In this document: positions 20,356 to 29,661 of the stretch, in pieces | Position numbering within the stretch: the first letter of the stretch is position 1 | Layout: each line of letters begins with the position of its first letter | DNA from: Chlamydiales bacterium | GTDB lineage: Bacteria; Chlamydiota; Chlamydiia; Chlamydiales; JAAZZY01 | Assembly: GCA_965206695.1 (NCBI GenBank) | Contig: CBDBKM010000011.1 | Location: 160,001 to 224,000, forward strand | Reading direction: 5' to 3' | Length of the DNA stretch: 64,000 nt | Translations under genes and position numbers: made by a program | Notes under the pieces: model-generated | Told to the model about the DNA's origin: nothing | The model's input: only the letters and a program-made list of their open reading frames with translations | The model's database searches: none

Positions 20356-20480
20356 TTGACAGCTCCCAACCCTAAAGGGAAGGGATTCCTAATTCATTGA
20401 CCACTGCTAACAAACAAGCTAGTCTAACATGATCTCCAAAGGCTTAAATTACCGACTGCCCTGCGGTATCGATATTAATA
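20356..20480 (-). ncRNA. Putative TnpB omegaRNA/reRNA scaffold (guide would extend into flank 20355 downward: GAAGAUCUAAAUAUCC...)
   Basis: Right-end region overlapping the tnpB 3' end and conserved in the degenerate copy (12607..12720). Position follows the known TnpB reRNA architecture; 5' boundary is approximate. Confidence 0.6.
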
Positions 20481-21547
20481 GATGCATTAAGATCTCTATC
20501 GTGTGTTACTTTGCAGTTTGGACACTGCCAACTTCTCACACTTAAATCTAAAATTTCTATTTGGTGCCGGCAGGCAGAGCATAGTTTTGAACTAGCAAAA
20601 AATTGATCTAATTCCACTATATTTCTTCCGTACCATTCACACTTATACTTTAAAAATGTTAAAAACCGGCTCCATCCTGCATCCGATATATGCTTGGAAA
20701 GTTTTTTATTTTTTAACATCTTATTAATATTTAACCCTTCTATCGTGATCGTTTGGTTTTCACGAGCCAACTTTGTAGAAAGTTTATGATGAAAGTCCTG
20801 CCTTATATTTTTTATCTTCGAATGTATCGAAGCCACCGATCTTCTTTTTTTGAGTCTGTTTTTACCTTTGACTTTAGCTTTGCTAAGAGAACGTTGTTTT
20901 CTTTTTAGTCTTTTCTTATGAAATCTAAAAGGTTTAGGTGCCGTAATCTTTTTCCCTGTAGAAAGAGTTGCGAATGTCGTTAATCCTAAATCTATACCGA
21001 CAGAATTATTTCTCTTCTCAAAAGGGATCACTTCTTCTTCTACTAATAGGCTCACAAAATACCTGTCACAAGAGTCTTTTGTGATTGTTATACCTGTTGG
21101 TGTACCTAAAAAACACCTTGACCAATGTATTTTTAATCTGTCTTTAGATTTTGCAATCTTAAGATTAACCCCATCCCAACTAAATGCTGACTTAGTTAAT
21201 CGTATTGCCTGCGTACTGTGTTTGTTTTTAAAGCGAGGGAAATTTGACCTTTTTTTAAAAAAGTTTAAAAAAGCTCTATCAAGATCTCTAAGACTTTGTT
21301 GCAGACAAACAGAAGAAACTTCGTTTAACCAAAGAAACTCTTTGTTTTGCTTAAGACTTGTCAAGAATGCCGATGTTTTAGAATAACTTACATTCTCTTT
21401 GTATTCCTGATATTTCTTGATCTTAAAGTTTAAAGCTTGATTATATACAACTCCGGAACATCCAAAGCTTTTTGCAAGCAACTCCTTTTGTTTTTTTGTT
21501 GGATAGAATCTAAATTTATATGCTTTTTTGATCATCATGTATTGCAT
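20444..21547 (-). CDS. tnpB: RNA-guided endonuclease TnpB
   Basis: KAYKFRFYPT HTH; RuvC residues GIDLG, IEGL and DRDLNA present; zinc finger CSAC...CPNC. Confidence 0.95.
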   Translation of the reverse strand: MQYMMIKKAYKFRFYPTKKQKELLAKSFGCSGVVYNQALNFKIKKYQEYKENVSYSKTSAFLTSLKQNKEFLWLNEVSSVCLQQSLRDLDRAFLNFFKKRSNFPRFKNKHSTQAIRLTKSAFSWDGVNLKIAKSKDRLKIHWSRCFLGTPTGITITKDSCDRYFVSLLVEEEVIPFEKRNNSVGIDLGLTTFATLSTGKKITAPKPFRFHKKRLKRKQRSLSKAKVKGKNRLKKRRSVASIHSKIKNIRQDFHHKLSTKLARENQTITIEGLNINKMLKNKKLSKHISDAGWSRFLTFLKYKCEWYGRNIVELDQFFASSKLCSACRHQIEILDLSVRSWQCPNCKVTHDRDLNASINIDTAGQSVI

Positions 21548-21576
21548 TATATGTCCGGTATATATATATTGTCTAT

Positions 21577-21972
21577 CCGGAAAGACGGAAAACCTCTAAA
21601 ACAGCAGTTTTTACCCTTAGTTACCATGTTATTTGGTGTCCTAAATATAGGAGAAAGGTTCTTGAAGGTGATATTGTTGTTCGTTTAAAGGAATTATTAG
21701 AATTAAAAGCTCTACAACTAAATATAGAGATTCACGAACTGAATATTATGCCTGATCACGTACATATTTTTTTAAATACCAAGCCTATATATTCGCCACA
21801 ATTTTTCATAGGACAACTTAAGGGATATACAAGCCGAATATTAAGGCCAGAATTTTCAAGCTTAAGATCCGGGTTACCCACACTGTGGACACGGTCTTAT
21901 TATGTTGATAGTGTTGGAAAATTAAATGAATATACAATCAGAAAGTATATACGGAATCAAAAAAACAAATAG
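21577..21972 (+). pseudogene. tnpA: IS200-type Y1 transposase TnpA; start codon apparently lost
   Basis: Open frame YHVIWCPKYRR...PDHVH (HUH)...LWTRSYY...YIRNQ. The codon aligned to the ATG of the decayed copy is CCG (21577). Confidence 0.8.
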
Positions 21973-22082
21973 ACACTTTCATCCCACCCTTAAAAAGGTG
22001 GGTTTTCTCGTTTAATTGTCATAAGGCCGTTTAGATCTTCATAAGGCCGTTCAAGATAATTCTTATTACCTTTGGTAGAAGA

Positions 22083-23201
22083 ATGCCAATAATTGAGCAG
22101 CAATATTCTTGTCATACCGAATTAGGTAAAAATATTTTAAATTTAAATAATTATAACTGCAGCAAATGGGAATCTTTAACTAACCGGTGCCTCAAAGAAT
22201 TACCCTTCTTACACGGAAAAGAGCCATTTAAAATCATAGATTCTTGCCAAAGATCCGGTGAAGTTGAAGATGCTCAAACCTCATGTTATCATGTGATTGT
22301 CGGAGAAGATTCTTATAAAAAAATTGAAGTAACTACTCCTTTCGATTCAAATAAAAACTTTGGAAAGGATGAATATGTACAAAAACACAATTTTGATATA
22401 ATCCGCGATGTAAAATCCTTTTTTTCTATAAATACTACAGCTTCACCGAAAAAAAATAAGGATTTTGATTTCTCCATTTTATCTGAAGTTTACTCATTTC
22501 AAAATAGTTTGTTTGAAGGAAAAACAACGATCAAAACACCTCTTGATGAAATAAGTCGATACGCATTATTAAAAATTTTCGGGCTGGATTGTCATAAGGC
22601 CTCTGCTTTAGCAAAATCCTTTTGTGCATCTAATTTTCATAACGAATTAGTCACCGGGTGTAGAACAACTAACTCTTCTACAACATGTAGTACCACTCTT
22701 TCATTAAAAGACAAAAAATTTCTTTCTATCGATTCTCACTTGTTTCCAAGTAAATCTACTTTTATTCTCTCTGCGAATAAGGATCAAGACTTTTTAGTTG
22801 ACCACTTCAAACAACACGTATTCCGACTAAATGAAGATAATAATTTAAGTTGCAAATATCTTGATCGATTAAACTCCAATAAATTTGAAGTCATCTGTCA
22901 TCCTAAAAACATAAATACCGCCACACTATTACAGGACATAGACGAAGAGGTAAAGAGACACAACACACTTAATGAAAAAACTCTCTATGCCTCATCTACT
23001 CTTACCTCCTTATCTTTGGTTGCCTTAGGAGGGCTAGGTACGTATTTTAGCTATCAAATCATTCGTGATACAATAAATTCAACCGATCAAAAAGATTACT
23101 TTAATAAAACAACCTGCATTATTGGAGGATTCGCTTTAGCTACTATATCTCTGCTGTCAATATTCTACGGATCTTATCACTTACTACTTAATAAAAAATA
23201 A
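22083..23201 (+). CDS. Hypothetical protein with two C-terminal TM helices
   Basis: 372-aa ORF; hydrophobic segments SLSLVALGGLGTYF and CIIGGFALATISLLSIFYG. Confidence 0.7.
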   Translation: MPIIEQQYSCHTELGKNILNLNNYNCSKWESLTNRCLKELPFLHGKEPFKIIDSCQRSGEVEDAQTSCYHVIVGEDSYKKIEVTTPFDSNKNFGKDEYVQKHNFDIIRDVKSFFSINTTASPKKNKDFDFSILSEVYSFQNSLFEGKTTIKTPLDEISRYALLKIFGLDCHKASALAKSFCASNFHNELVTGCRTTNSSTTCSTTLSLKDKKFLSIDSHLFPSKSTFILSANKDQDFLVDHFKQHVFRLNEDNNLSCKYLDRLNSNKFEVICHPKNINTATLLQDIDEEVKRHNTLNEKTLYASSTLTSLSLVALGGLGTYFSYQIIRDTINSTDQKDYFNKTTCIIGGFALATISLLSIFYGSYHLLLNKK

Positions 23202-24007
23202 ATATTTTATTTATTTTAATATTTTCAACAATTGATGCGGAATCATGCTTAAACAAGCCTCACCTACTTTAAATAAGATTTTTTATCACAACCAGATAAA
23301 TAGGAGTTTCGCAGCAAGTTGTTAGTTGTTAGTCAAAATATGCCTCATATTTAAAGTAATCGCGGGCTTTATAATCTCCCAATCTTGCAGATAAAAGGAT
23401 GTGTGATCTTTCATTCTTTGCTTAAATTTATTTAGCCAAGCATAAATAGACATAAAAATATGGTTTCGTTGCGCTCGTGCGTTACGAGACTGCCGGCGCT
23501 CAAGGCCACAAGTTTGTTTCAATTCCCTATGATAGACTTCTAGTTTCCAACGAACTTTCATGATCTTCTCCACATCATTACGGCTAGGATCTTCCATATT
23601 GGTGACCACATAGTCAACGCGGCCATTTTTAGCCGGAAACTTAAAAACCGTAACAAAACCATAGCCTCGTAAGTGAATGTTTAGCCCTTCATCCGGAATA
23701 TCCGAATCTTCCAAAGTTACATTCCGATTAACCTTCCTATTTTTACGTAAAGTAGTGACAAAGTATAACCCCATATCCCTGATAGACTTTAAGTTTTTTA
23801 AACCGGAATACCATGAATCCATAACAACCACTTGAGGGTTGAGGCTTCGACTTTGACTGAGTTTGAGCATTTCTACACAATGAGTATTCTTTGTTTTACC
23901 ATCACTATTCCTATCATAAATCCTATAATCCACAGGGACATATTGCTCTGAATTTAGCCCATACCATAAAAGGTTGACTAAACCAATTCCTGCCACAAAA
24001 TCATGTA

Positions 24008-24942
24008 TAGTCGTTTAATTTTACATTGATAAGATTGCTTGATCAATGGCGAATTTAAAATTCGTAACTTTTCGTAATATCTCTCTAACTTTATTTTTCA
24101 TATTAGCCCAATATTTTTCTATAGGATTTAAGTCCGGAGAATAGGGAGGAAGAAACATAAGCTTACAACCGGCAGATTCTACTGTTTTCCTGCTTTCCGC
24201 TGACTTGTGAAAACCGGCATTGTCAAGAATAAGAACACTACCGGGTGTAAGCTGAGGAGTCAAAACTTCCTTAAGCCAAATATTGAATAACCCGGTATTA
24301 CAAGTACCTTCAAAACCCATTGGAGATAAAAACTGCCCTTTAGATAGGGCTGAAATAATATTTTGCCTTATAAAGCGGTTTCCTGAAACCGCTCCAAAAA
24401 CTTTTTTGCCGCGTAAGCTTCTTCCGGACTCACGAAATAAAAATTGATGAATCCCGGTTTCATCGAGATAAATCCTCTTGTCAAAGGGAATATTTTTTAA
24501 ATCTTTCATAAAAGCTTCCCGTTTCTTTTCATCTCTTTCCTTATAGCGAGTAGTTTTTTTTTTCGTGTAATTTTTAATCTTTTAAGGGCATAAAAAATCG
24601 TTTGCGGAGTGACTGAAAAATAATCAGCAATTTCCGATAAAAAATAATCCGGATGTTTTTCTACATATTTAGATAACAACTCATCATCTAATTTCTTATA
24701 AGCATATTTTCTGCGGATTGGCTTTAAATGTCCTTTTTGCTTTTTTTGCAAGATCCATCGATATATTGTTGCGATACCTACTTGAAAAATATGGCCGGCT
24801 GTTTTTTTATCATGATGTTTTTCTATATGTTGTCATACTTTCTCTCGAAGATCTACTGAATAGGCTCTAGGCATTGTTTTGTCCTTATTGTTTGTATAAA
24901 AAAAGAAGGATAACATATTATCAAATAAAAATTAAAGTACTA
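24008..24942 (-). mobile_element. IS630-family IS, copy 2 (935 bp; orfA nonsense)
   Basis: Near-identical to copy 1; TA on both sides. Confidence 0.95.
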
Positions 24943-24986
24943 TAAATAAAAAATTCAACCTCTCATTTCTTCAATGCGAAACTCCT

Positions 24987-25254
24987 GTAAGATAGGTATC
25001 CGGATATTTTTGAAGATATTGTTTAAGTTTATTACTATCAATTTTACTCGAACCGGGACGTCTTTTGTTAGGTGCTAAGATCTACAGTCTTTCTCAAGAA
25101 ATCCGGTTCGATAAAGTGCGGGCTGTAACTGAAAAAATGACACTTACCTCTTTTCGTGTCCCCAACTTTTTAATATATTTTAATGCTTGTTTTCTTAAAT
25201 CAAGTGAATATGTCATCCGGATATTCTATATGAAAAATAAAATTTAAAGCACTA
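24987..25254 (-). pseudogene. Remnant of a different IS630-family orfA, cut by an IS701-like end (TGCGAAACTCCT at 24975-24986)
   Basis: Frameshifted translation MTYSLDLRKQALKYIKK...ARTLSNRI...SKIDSN..KQYLQKYPDTYL; IR-like TAGTGCTTTAAATTTT. Confidence 0.7.
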
Positions 25255-25338
25255 CATCTTCCGTGTCTTACCAAGGTATGTCAATGTCTTTTTGACTAAC
25301 GAATATTATTCTTAAAAAATAAATAGAATCTACTCTTC

Positions 25339-26787
25339 TTATTCGTTTTTTATTGTAAAGTTATAATGAGGGCCATAGTTTATAAAGAACTCTTCCCCCT
25401 CAGGGATATTTTTATTAGCTACATAAAAATTTATATTTTTACCAAAAAGAACTACAGATATATTATTTGCTCCTATTTTTATATCATCTCCTAACTGAGC
25501 GGTATTTACCAAGCTAAGTTGATTTCCCGAATTGAATCCATCAACAAAACGATGGGACGAGGACGTTTCAAATAGATATGCTGAAATATTTCTCGGGCCA
25601 TGCTGTCTTTTTACTTGCGAGAAAGTTTCTTCTCCGTCATGAAGGACCCCTGAATAAGGGCCTAAAACTTCGAATGCTTTAATATCTCTTTTTGCAAAGG
25701 CAGATTCTCCTCTGAACGGCCCTATATCTATAGGAGTGCTAATCTTATAAATATCACGCAAACGATTTGTATATTCTGTTCTCTTCTCTTCGCTTAGTAT
25801 TAACCATTCACGCATGCTGTTCTTTATTGTATCATGAATTTTCTTTTTTTCTGAGGTAGTTCCGTTCAGGTATCTTTTATTGAGGTAACCCCACTTTGAA
25901 ACTTTGATATTTTCTATTTCTCCTTCAGCTTGATATAGAAGACTCTGTGTTTTATCCTCCGGTTTTTGCAAGACGGGTAAGGTGTCGTCTATTTTACGAG
26001 TAACTGTAGACGAGTCCAAAATAGCACAGTCCGAATCTTTGTTATTTAAATTCGGCTCTTCCTTTATCGACAGAATCTCACGGTCTGATGAAGTTTTATC
26101 CGGCAATACACTATGTATTATATCATCCGGGTTCTTTTTAGTTTCTTCACCTCTAGATTTTCTACGTCGCTCTTTCTGTGCTTTAGACATCTTCTCTCTA
26201 GTTGCATCAGATACAGTATGCCCTTTATATGTTTCAGATATTTTCTTTCTAGTTGCATCAGATACAGTATGCCCTTTATGTGCCTCAGATAGTTGTTTTC
26301 TAGCGTCTTCACCTTTAGGTCCTGTATATCGCTTTTTCTGTGCTTCAGATATGTTCCTTATAGTTGCATCAGATCTCTTCCACTTTTTCTTTTCGCCGGA
26401 TAGTTTTTGTTTAGCAAATTGCTTTTTCTGTGCTTCAGATATTTTCCTTTTAGTTTCATCAGATCTCTTCCACTTTTTCTTTTCGCCGGATAGTTTTTGT
26501 TTAGCAAATTGCTTTTTCTGTGCTTCAGATATTTTCCTTTTAGTTTCATCAGATACAGTATGCCCTTGATGTGATTTAGACATTTTATCTTTAGTTGCAT
26601 CAGTAACTTTACGTTTCTTGCTTGGATGTGGAGAGACATTGTTGTTGTTTGTTTGTGTAATAGAAGTTATGGCATAACTAGAGATAGATTGGTTTGGTTC
26701 ACTGATTACAGGTGCTTGTTGATATAATGCTATCTTATTAACCCAATTGAAAACGTCTTGGGGTTGTTTATTGTTAAAAATGCTCAT
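25339..26787 (-). CDS. SET-domain protein-lysine methyltransferase with NLS and NUMOD3-like repeats
   Basis: C-terminal GESAFAKRDI..FEVLGPYSG, YLF, DG..SGN..SLVN, ANKNIPEGEEFFINYG. N-terminal PSKKRKV and repeated H(T)VSDETKRKISEA. Confidence 0.85.
   Translation of the reverse strand: MSIFNNKQPQDVFNWVNKIALYQQAPVISEPNQSISSYAITSITQTNNNNVSPHPSKKRKVTDATKDKMSKSHQGHTVSDETKRKISEAQKKQFAKQKLSGEKKKWKRSDETKRKISEAQKKQFAKQKLSGEKKKWKRSDATIRNISEAQKKRYTGPKGEDARKQLSEAHKGHTVSDATRKKISETYKGHTVSDATREKMSKAQKERRRKSRGEETKKNPDDIIHSVLPDKTSSDREILSIKEEPNLNNKDSDCAILDSSTVTRKIDDTLPVLQKPEDKTQSLLYQAEGEIENIKVSKWGYLNKRYLNGTTSEKKKIHDTIKNSMREWLILSEEKRTEYTNRLRDIYKISTPIDIGPFRGESAFAKRDIKAFEVLGPYSGVLHDGEETFSQVKRQHGPRNISAYLFETSSSHRFVDGFNSGNQLSLVNTAQLGDDIKIGANNISVVLFGKNINFYVANKNIPEGEEFFINYGPHYNFTIKNE
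26197..26590 (-). repeat. Intragenic repeats: 2 x 90-bp perfect tandem (26367..26554) plus about 51-bp HTVSDAT units
   Basis: SDETKRKISEAQKKQFAKQKLSGEKKKWKR is duplicated exactly; HTVSD(A/E)T occurs three times. Confidence 0.9.
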
Positions 26788-27046
26788 ACAACACCTTTAT
26801 TTAATGTTTATAAATAATTATAACACATGCCTATTAATTATTTATTAAGAATAAAGGTTTAATAAACAATTAAACATACTCAGCAATATAATACTTATTA
26901 ACATATACTAAATTAAATCAAAGAGGCTTGTTTTGTTGGGTTATCTGCCAATTCAGATTTATTATAGTAAAGATCTCTGCATAACTTTTGCCAACCCATG
27001 AATTTTAGTTAGTAATAGGTTGATATAGAGAAAATTGGTTTTAAAA

Positions 27047-27383
27047 GGTAATCCCCCCATAATTAAGCGGCATTAGGATTAGAGGTTTTGTTATAGTTGG
27101 CATATTGTGCCATTTTCATAATGGGTGTTATACCACCTAAAGCGATATTAGGGCGTTCATTATTATAATGCCATAACCACCTTGTGGCTTCTTCTTGTGC
27201 TTGTTGAATGGAGATAAACAACCGCATATCTAACCATTCATGACGCACCGTACGATTGTAAGGTTCAAGATAAGCATTTTGCTGCGGTTTCCCGGGTTGG
27301 ATAAACGACAGAAGAATACTTTGATGGTTTGCCCAATCAAAAAGCTGCCGGCTGATATATTCCGGACCATTATCGCATCGAAA
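27047..27383 (-). pseudogene. IS3-family transposase (integrase core) 3' fragment
   Basis: DNGPEYIS, IQPGKPQQNAY.E.YN, YNNERP; truncated by an IS5-like end at 27384. Confidence 0.85.
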
Positions 27384-27910
27384 AGACCCCTGCATAAGTT
27401 CCATATTTTTTAAAAATTTGCAATAATATTTCCATATTTTAAATTAGGGTATAGAGATGAGTTTTTTCACAGTTGTAGCTAAAGATAGAATCAGTAAAGA
27501 GCATTATTTGATAAAAATAGATAACCTTATCAATTGGAAAGCACCGGATAGAAAGCTCAGAGGTATTCATATCAACGAAGTAAATCCTAAAGGAGGGCCT
27601 AAAGCCTACAATAACCTTTCAATGTTTAAGGCTATTCTTTTAGGACAGTGGCATAGCCTCAGTGATTCCGGACTAGAAGAGGCTCTGAGTTTACGTCTAG
27701 ATTTCATGCTATTTACCGGATTTGAGATCGTCGATAAATTCCCTGATGAAACCACTTTATGCCGCTTTAGAAACCATCTTATAAAAAAAAATCTACATGG
27801 ATTGCTTTTTGCAGAAATTAATGCCCGGCTTGAGGAGCATGGGATTAAGGTGCGTTATGCGAAAACGGCTTTAGTAGATGCTACCATCATTGATTCTTCT
27901 GCAAGGTCTA
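27384..27910 (+). pseudogene. IS5-family transposase 5' fragment, truncated by IS630 copy 3
   Basis: IR-like AGACCCCTGCATAA; MFKAILLGQWHSLSD, PDETTLCRFR, LVDATII. Confidence 0.88.
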
Positions 27911-28847
27911 TAGTATTTTAATTTTTATTTGATAATATGTTATCCTTCTTTTTTTATACAAACAGTAAGGACAAAACAATGCCTAGAGCCTATTCAGTAG
28001 ATCTTCGAGAGAAAGTATGACAACATATAGAAAAACATCATGATAAAAAAACAGCCGGCCATATTTTTCAAGTAGGTATCGCAACAATATATCGATGGAT
28101 CTTGCAAAAAAAAGCAAAAAGGACATTTAAAGCCAATCCGCAGAAAATATGCTTATAAGAAATTAGATGATGAGTTGTTATCTAAATATGTAGAAAAACA
28201 TCCGGATTATTTTTTATCGGAAATTGCTGATTATTTTTCAGTCACTCCGCAAACGATTTTTTATGCCCTTAAAAGATTAAAAATTACACGAAAAAAAAAA
28301 CTACTCGCTATAAGGAAAGAGATGAAAAGAAACGGGAAGCTTTTATGAAAGATTTAAAAAATATTCCCTTTGACAAGAGAATTTATCTCGATGAAACCGG
28401 GATTCATCAATTTTTATTTCGTGAGTCCGGAAGAAGCTTACGCGGCAAAAAAGTTTTTGGAGCGGTTTCAGGAAACCGCTTTATAAGGCAAAATATTATT
28501 TCAGCCCTATCTAAAGGGCAGTTTTTATCTCCAATGTGTTTTGAAGGTACTTGTAATACCGGGTTATTCAATATTTGGCTTAAGGAAGTTTTGACTCCTC
28601 AGCTTACACCCGGTAGTGTTCTTATTCTTGACAATGCCGGTTTTCACAAGTCAGCGGAAAGCAGGAAAACAGTAGAATCTGCCGGTTGTAAGCTTATGTT
28701 TTCTTCCTCCATATTCTCCGGACTTAAATCCTATAGAAAAATATTGGGCTAATATGAAAAATAAAGTTAGAGAGATATTACGAAAAGTTACGAATTTTAC
28801 ATTCGCCATTGATCAAGCAATCTTATCAATATAAAATTAAATGACTA
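27911..28847 (+). mobile_element. IS630-family IS, copy 3 (937 bp; orfA nonsense plus two homopolymer +1 indels)
   Basis: Near-identical to the other copies. TGA at 28018, extra A near 28110, extra T near 28700. Confidence 0.95.
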
Positions 28848-29310
28848 TACATTTCCGGAATACCGGTAATTAACAAGCTCTATCTTTTTACTATGTGTTT
28901 TTGAAAGACCGGTATCATCAATAATAAGTACACAAGGCTCATCAATATCGACATAATGTTTTACCGTTTCAAAGATTTCTTTAGGTTGAAATTTTTTATC
29001 TTTTAGCCGGCGGCTAATGCTGTCATGTGACAACGTATCAGGGCAAACTTCTGACATCGCAAGGCTAGAATATCTAACACTGCTTGCTTGAATGAATGAG
29101 CTATACAATTCCTTTGTGCATTTATGTAACGACATTTCTTTTTCTCCTCCCACAAAAAAAAGAAAAAATCATAACTTAATTCAAAAAAATATTTAAACAC
29201 TTATTTCAATAACAAATTTCTTTTGTGCGAAACTCCTGATAAATTCTTCTTTAATATTGTTTTCAAAATAATGTACTAATAGGTTAGAAATAATTTTACT
29301 TAAATATAAG

Positions 29311-29529
29311 GTGGGAATTATGAGCGACCAAGAAGAAAAAAAATCACTATCTAAAGTAGATTTAAAAGAACTGGTTAAACGTGCAATCAATCATACAAAT
29401 CTATTGAGAGCTATGCGTACGGAAGGCACGATTACCGTAGCAAAAGAATTTGAAATCGAAGACTTTACAGATGAAATTACTGAAAACCTCGTAGATCAAC
29501 TATCTATTCATAAAAATCTTTTTCCTTAG
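29311..29529 (+). CDS. Small hypothetical protein
   Basis: 72-aa ORF with plausible RBS (AAGGTGG before ATG 29320); no recognisable motif. Confidence 0.5.
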   Translation: MGIMSDQEEKKSLSKVDLKELVKRAINHTNLLRAMRTEGTITVAKEFEIEDFTDEITENLVDQLSIHKNLFP

Positions 29530-29661
29530 TCGATTAAAATTAAGATTGTTGCTTGGTTTATTATAGTGTTTTAAGTATACTCTAGCTTAATTTGAGAAAT
29601 TGTATCGTTTTGATTTCTCTAAAAACAAAACACTATTACTAACCTCTACAAGATTGTTCAA

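Larger units (their letters stand above)
20356..22020 (-). mobile_element. IS200/IS605-family element with divergent tnpA/tnpB
   Basis: Right end ...GGGAGCTGTCAA with subterminal hairpin. Left end has hairpin CCCACC-CTTAAAAA-GGTGGG and is preceded by TTAT on the minus strand. Confidence 0.92.
24008..28847. mobile_element. Putative composite transposon bounded by inverted IS630 copies 2 and 3
   Basis: Both outer ends are IS630 right ends. Single TA duplication (24006-07, 28848-49) inside the IS701 transposase. Confidence 0.8.
23302..29237 (-). mobile_element. IS701-like element (about 1.09 kb when empty) interrupted by a 4.84-kb insertion
   Basis: Terminal IRs AGGAGTTTCGCA / TGCGAAACTCCT and direct repeat GATAAAT (23295-301, 29238-244). 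Transposase halves 28848..29135 and 23322..24005 rejoin in frame (YSGNV|HDFVAGIGLVNLLW); motifs IIDDT, VMDSWY, RWKLEVYHRELKQ. Confidence 0.9.

Noticed and set aside
25982..26639. Alternative-frame and antisense ORFs (195, 64 and 93 aa) over the SET gene repeats
   Set aside because: Shadows of the repetitive coding sequence on the other strand or in other frames.
28018..28020. In-frame TGA in IS630 orfA as evidence for TGA recoding
   Set aside because: Copy 4 has TTA (Leu) at this codon, and housekeeping genes such as yidC end in TGA, so this is a nonsense mutation.
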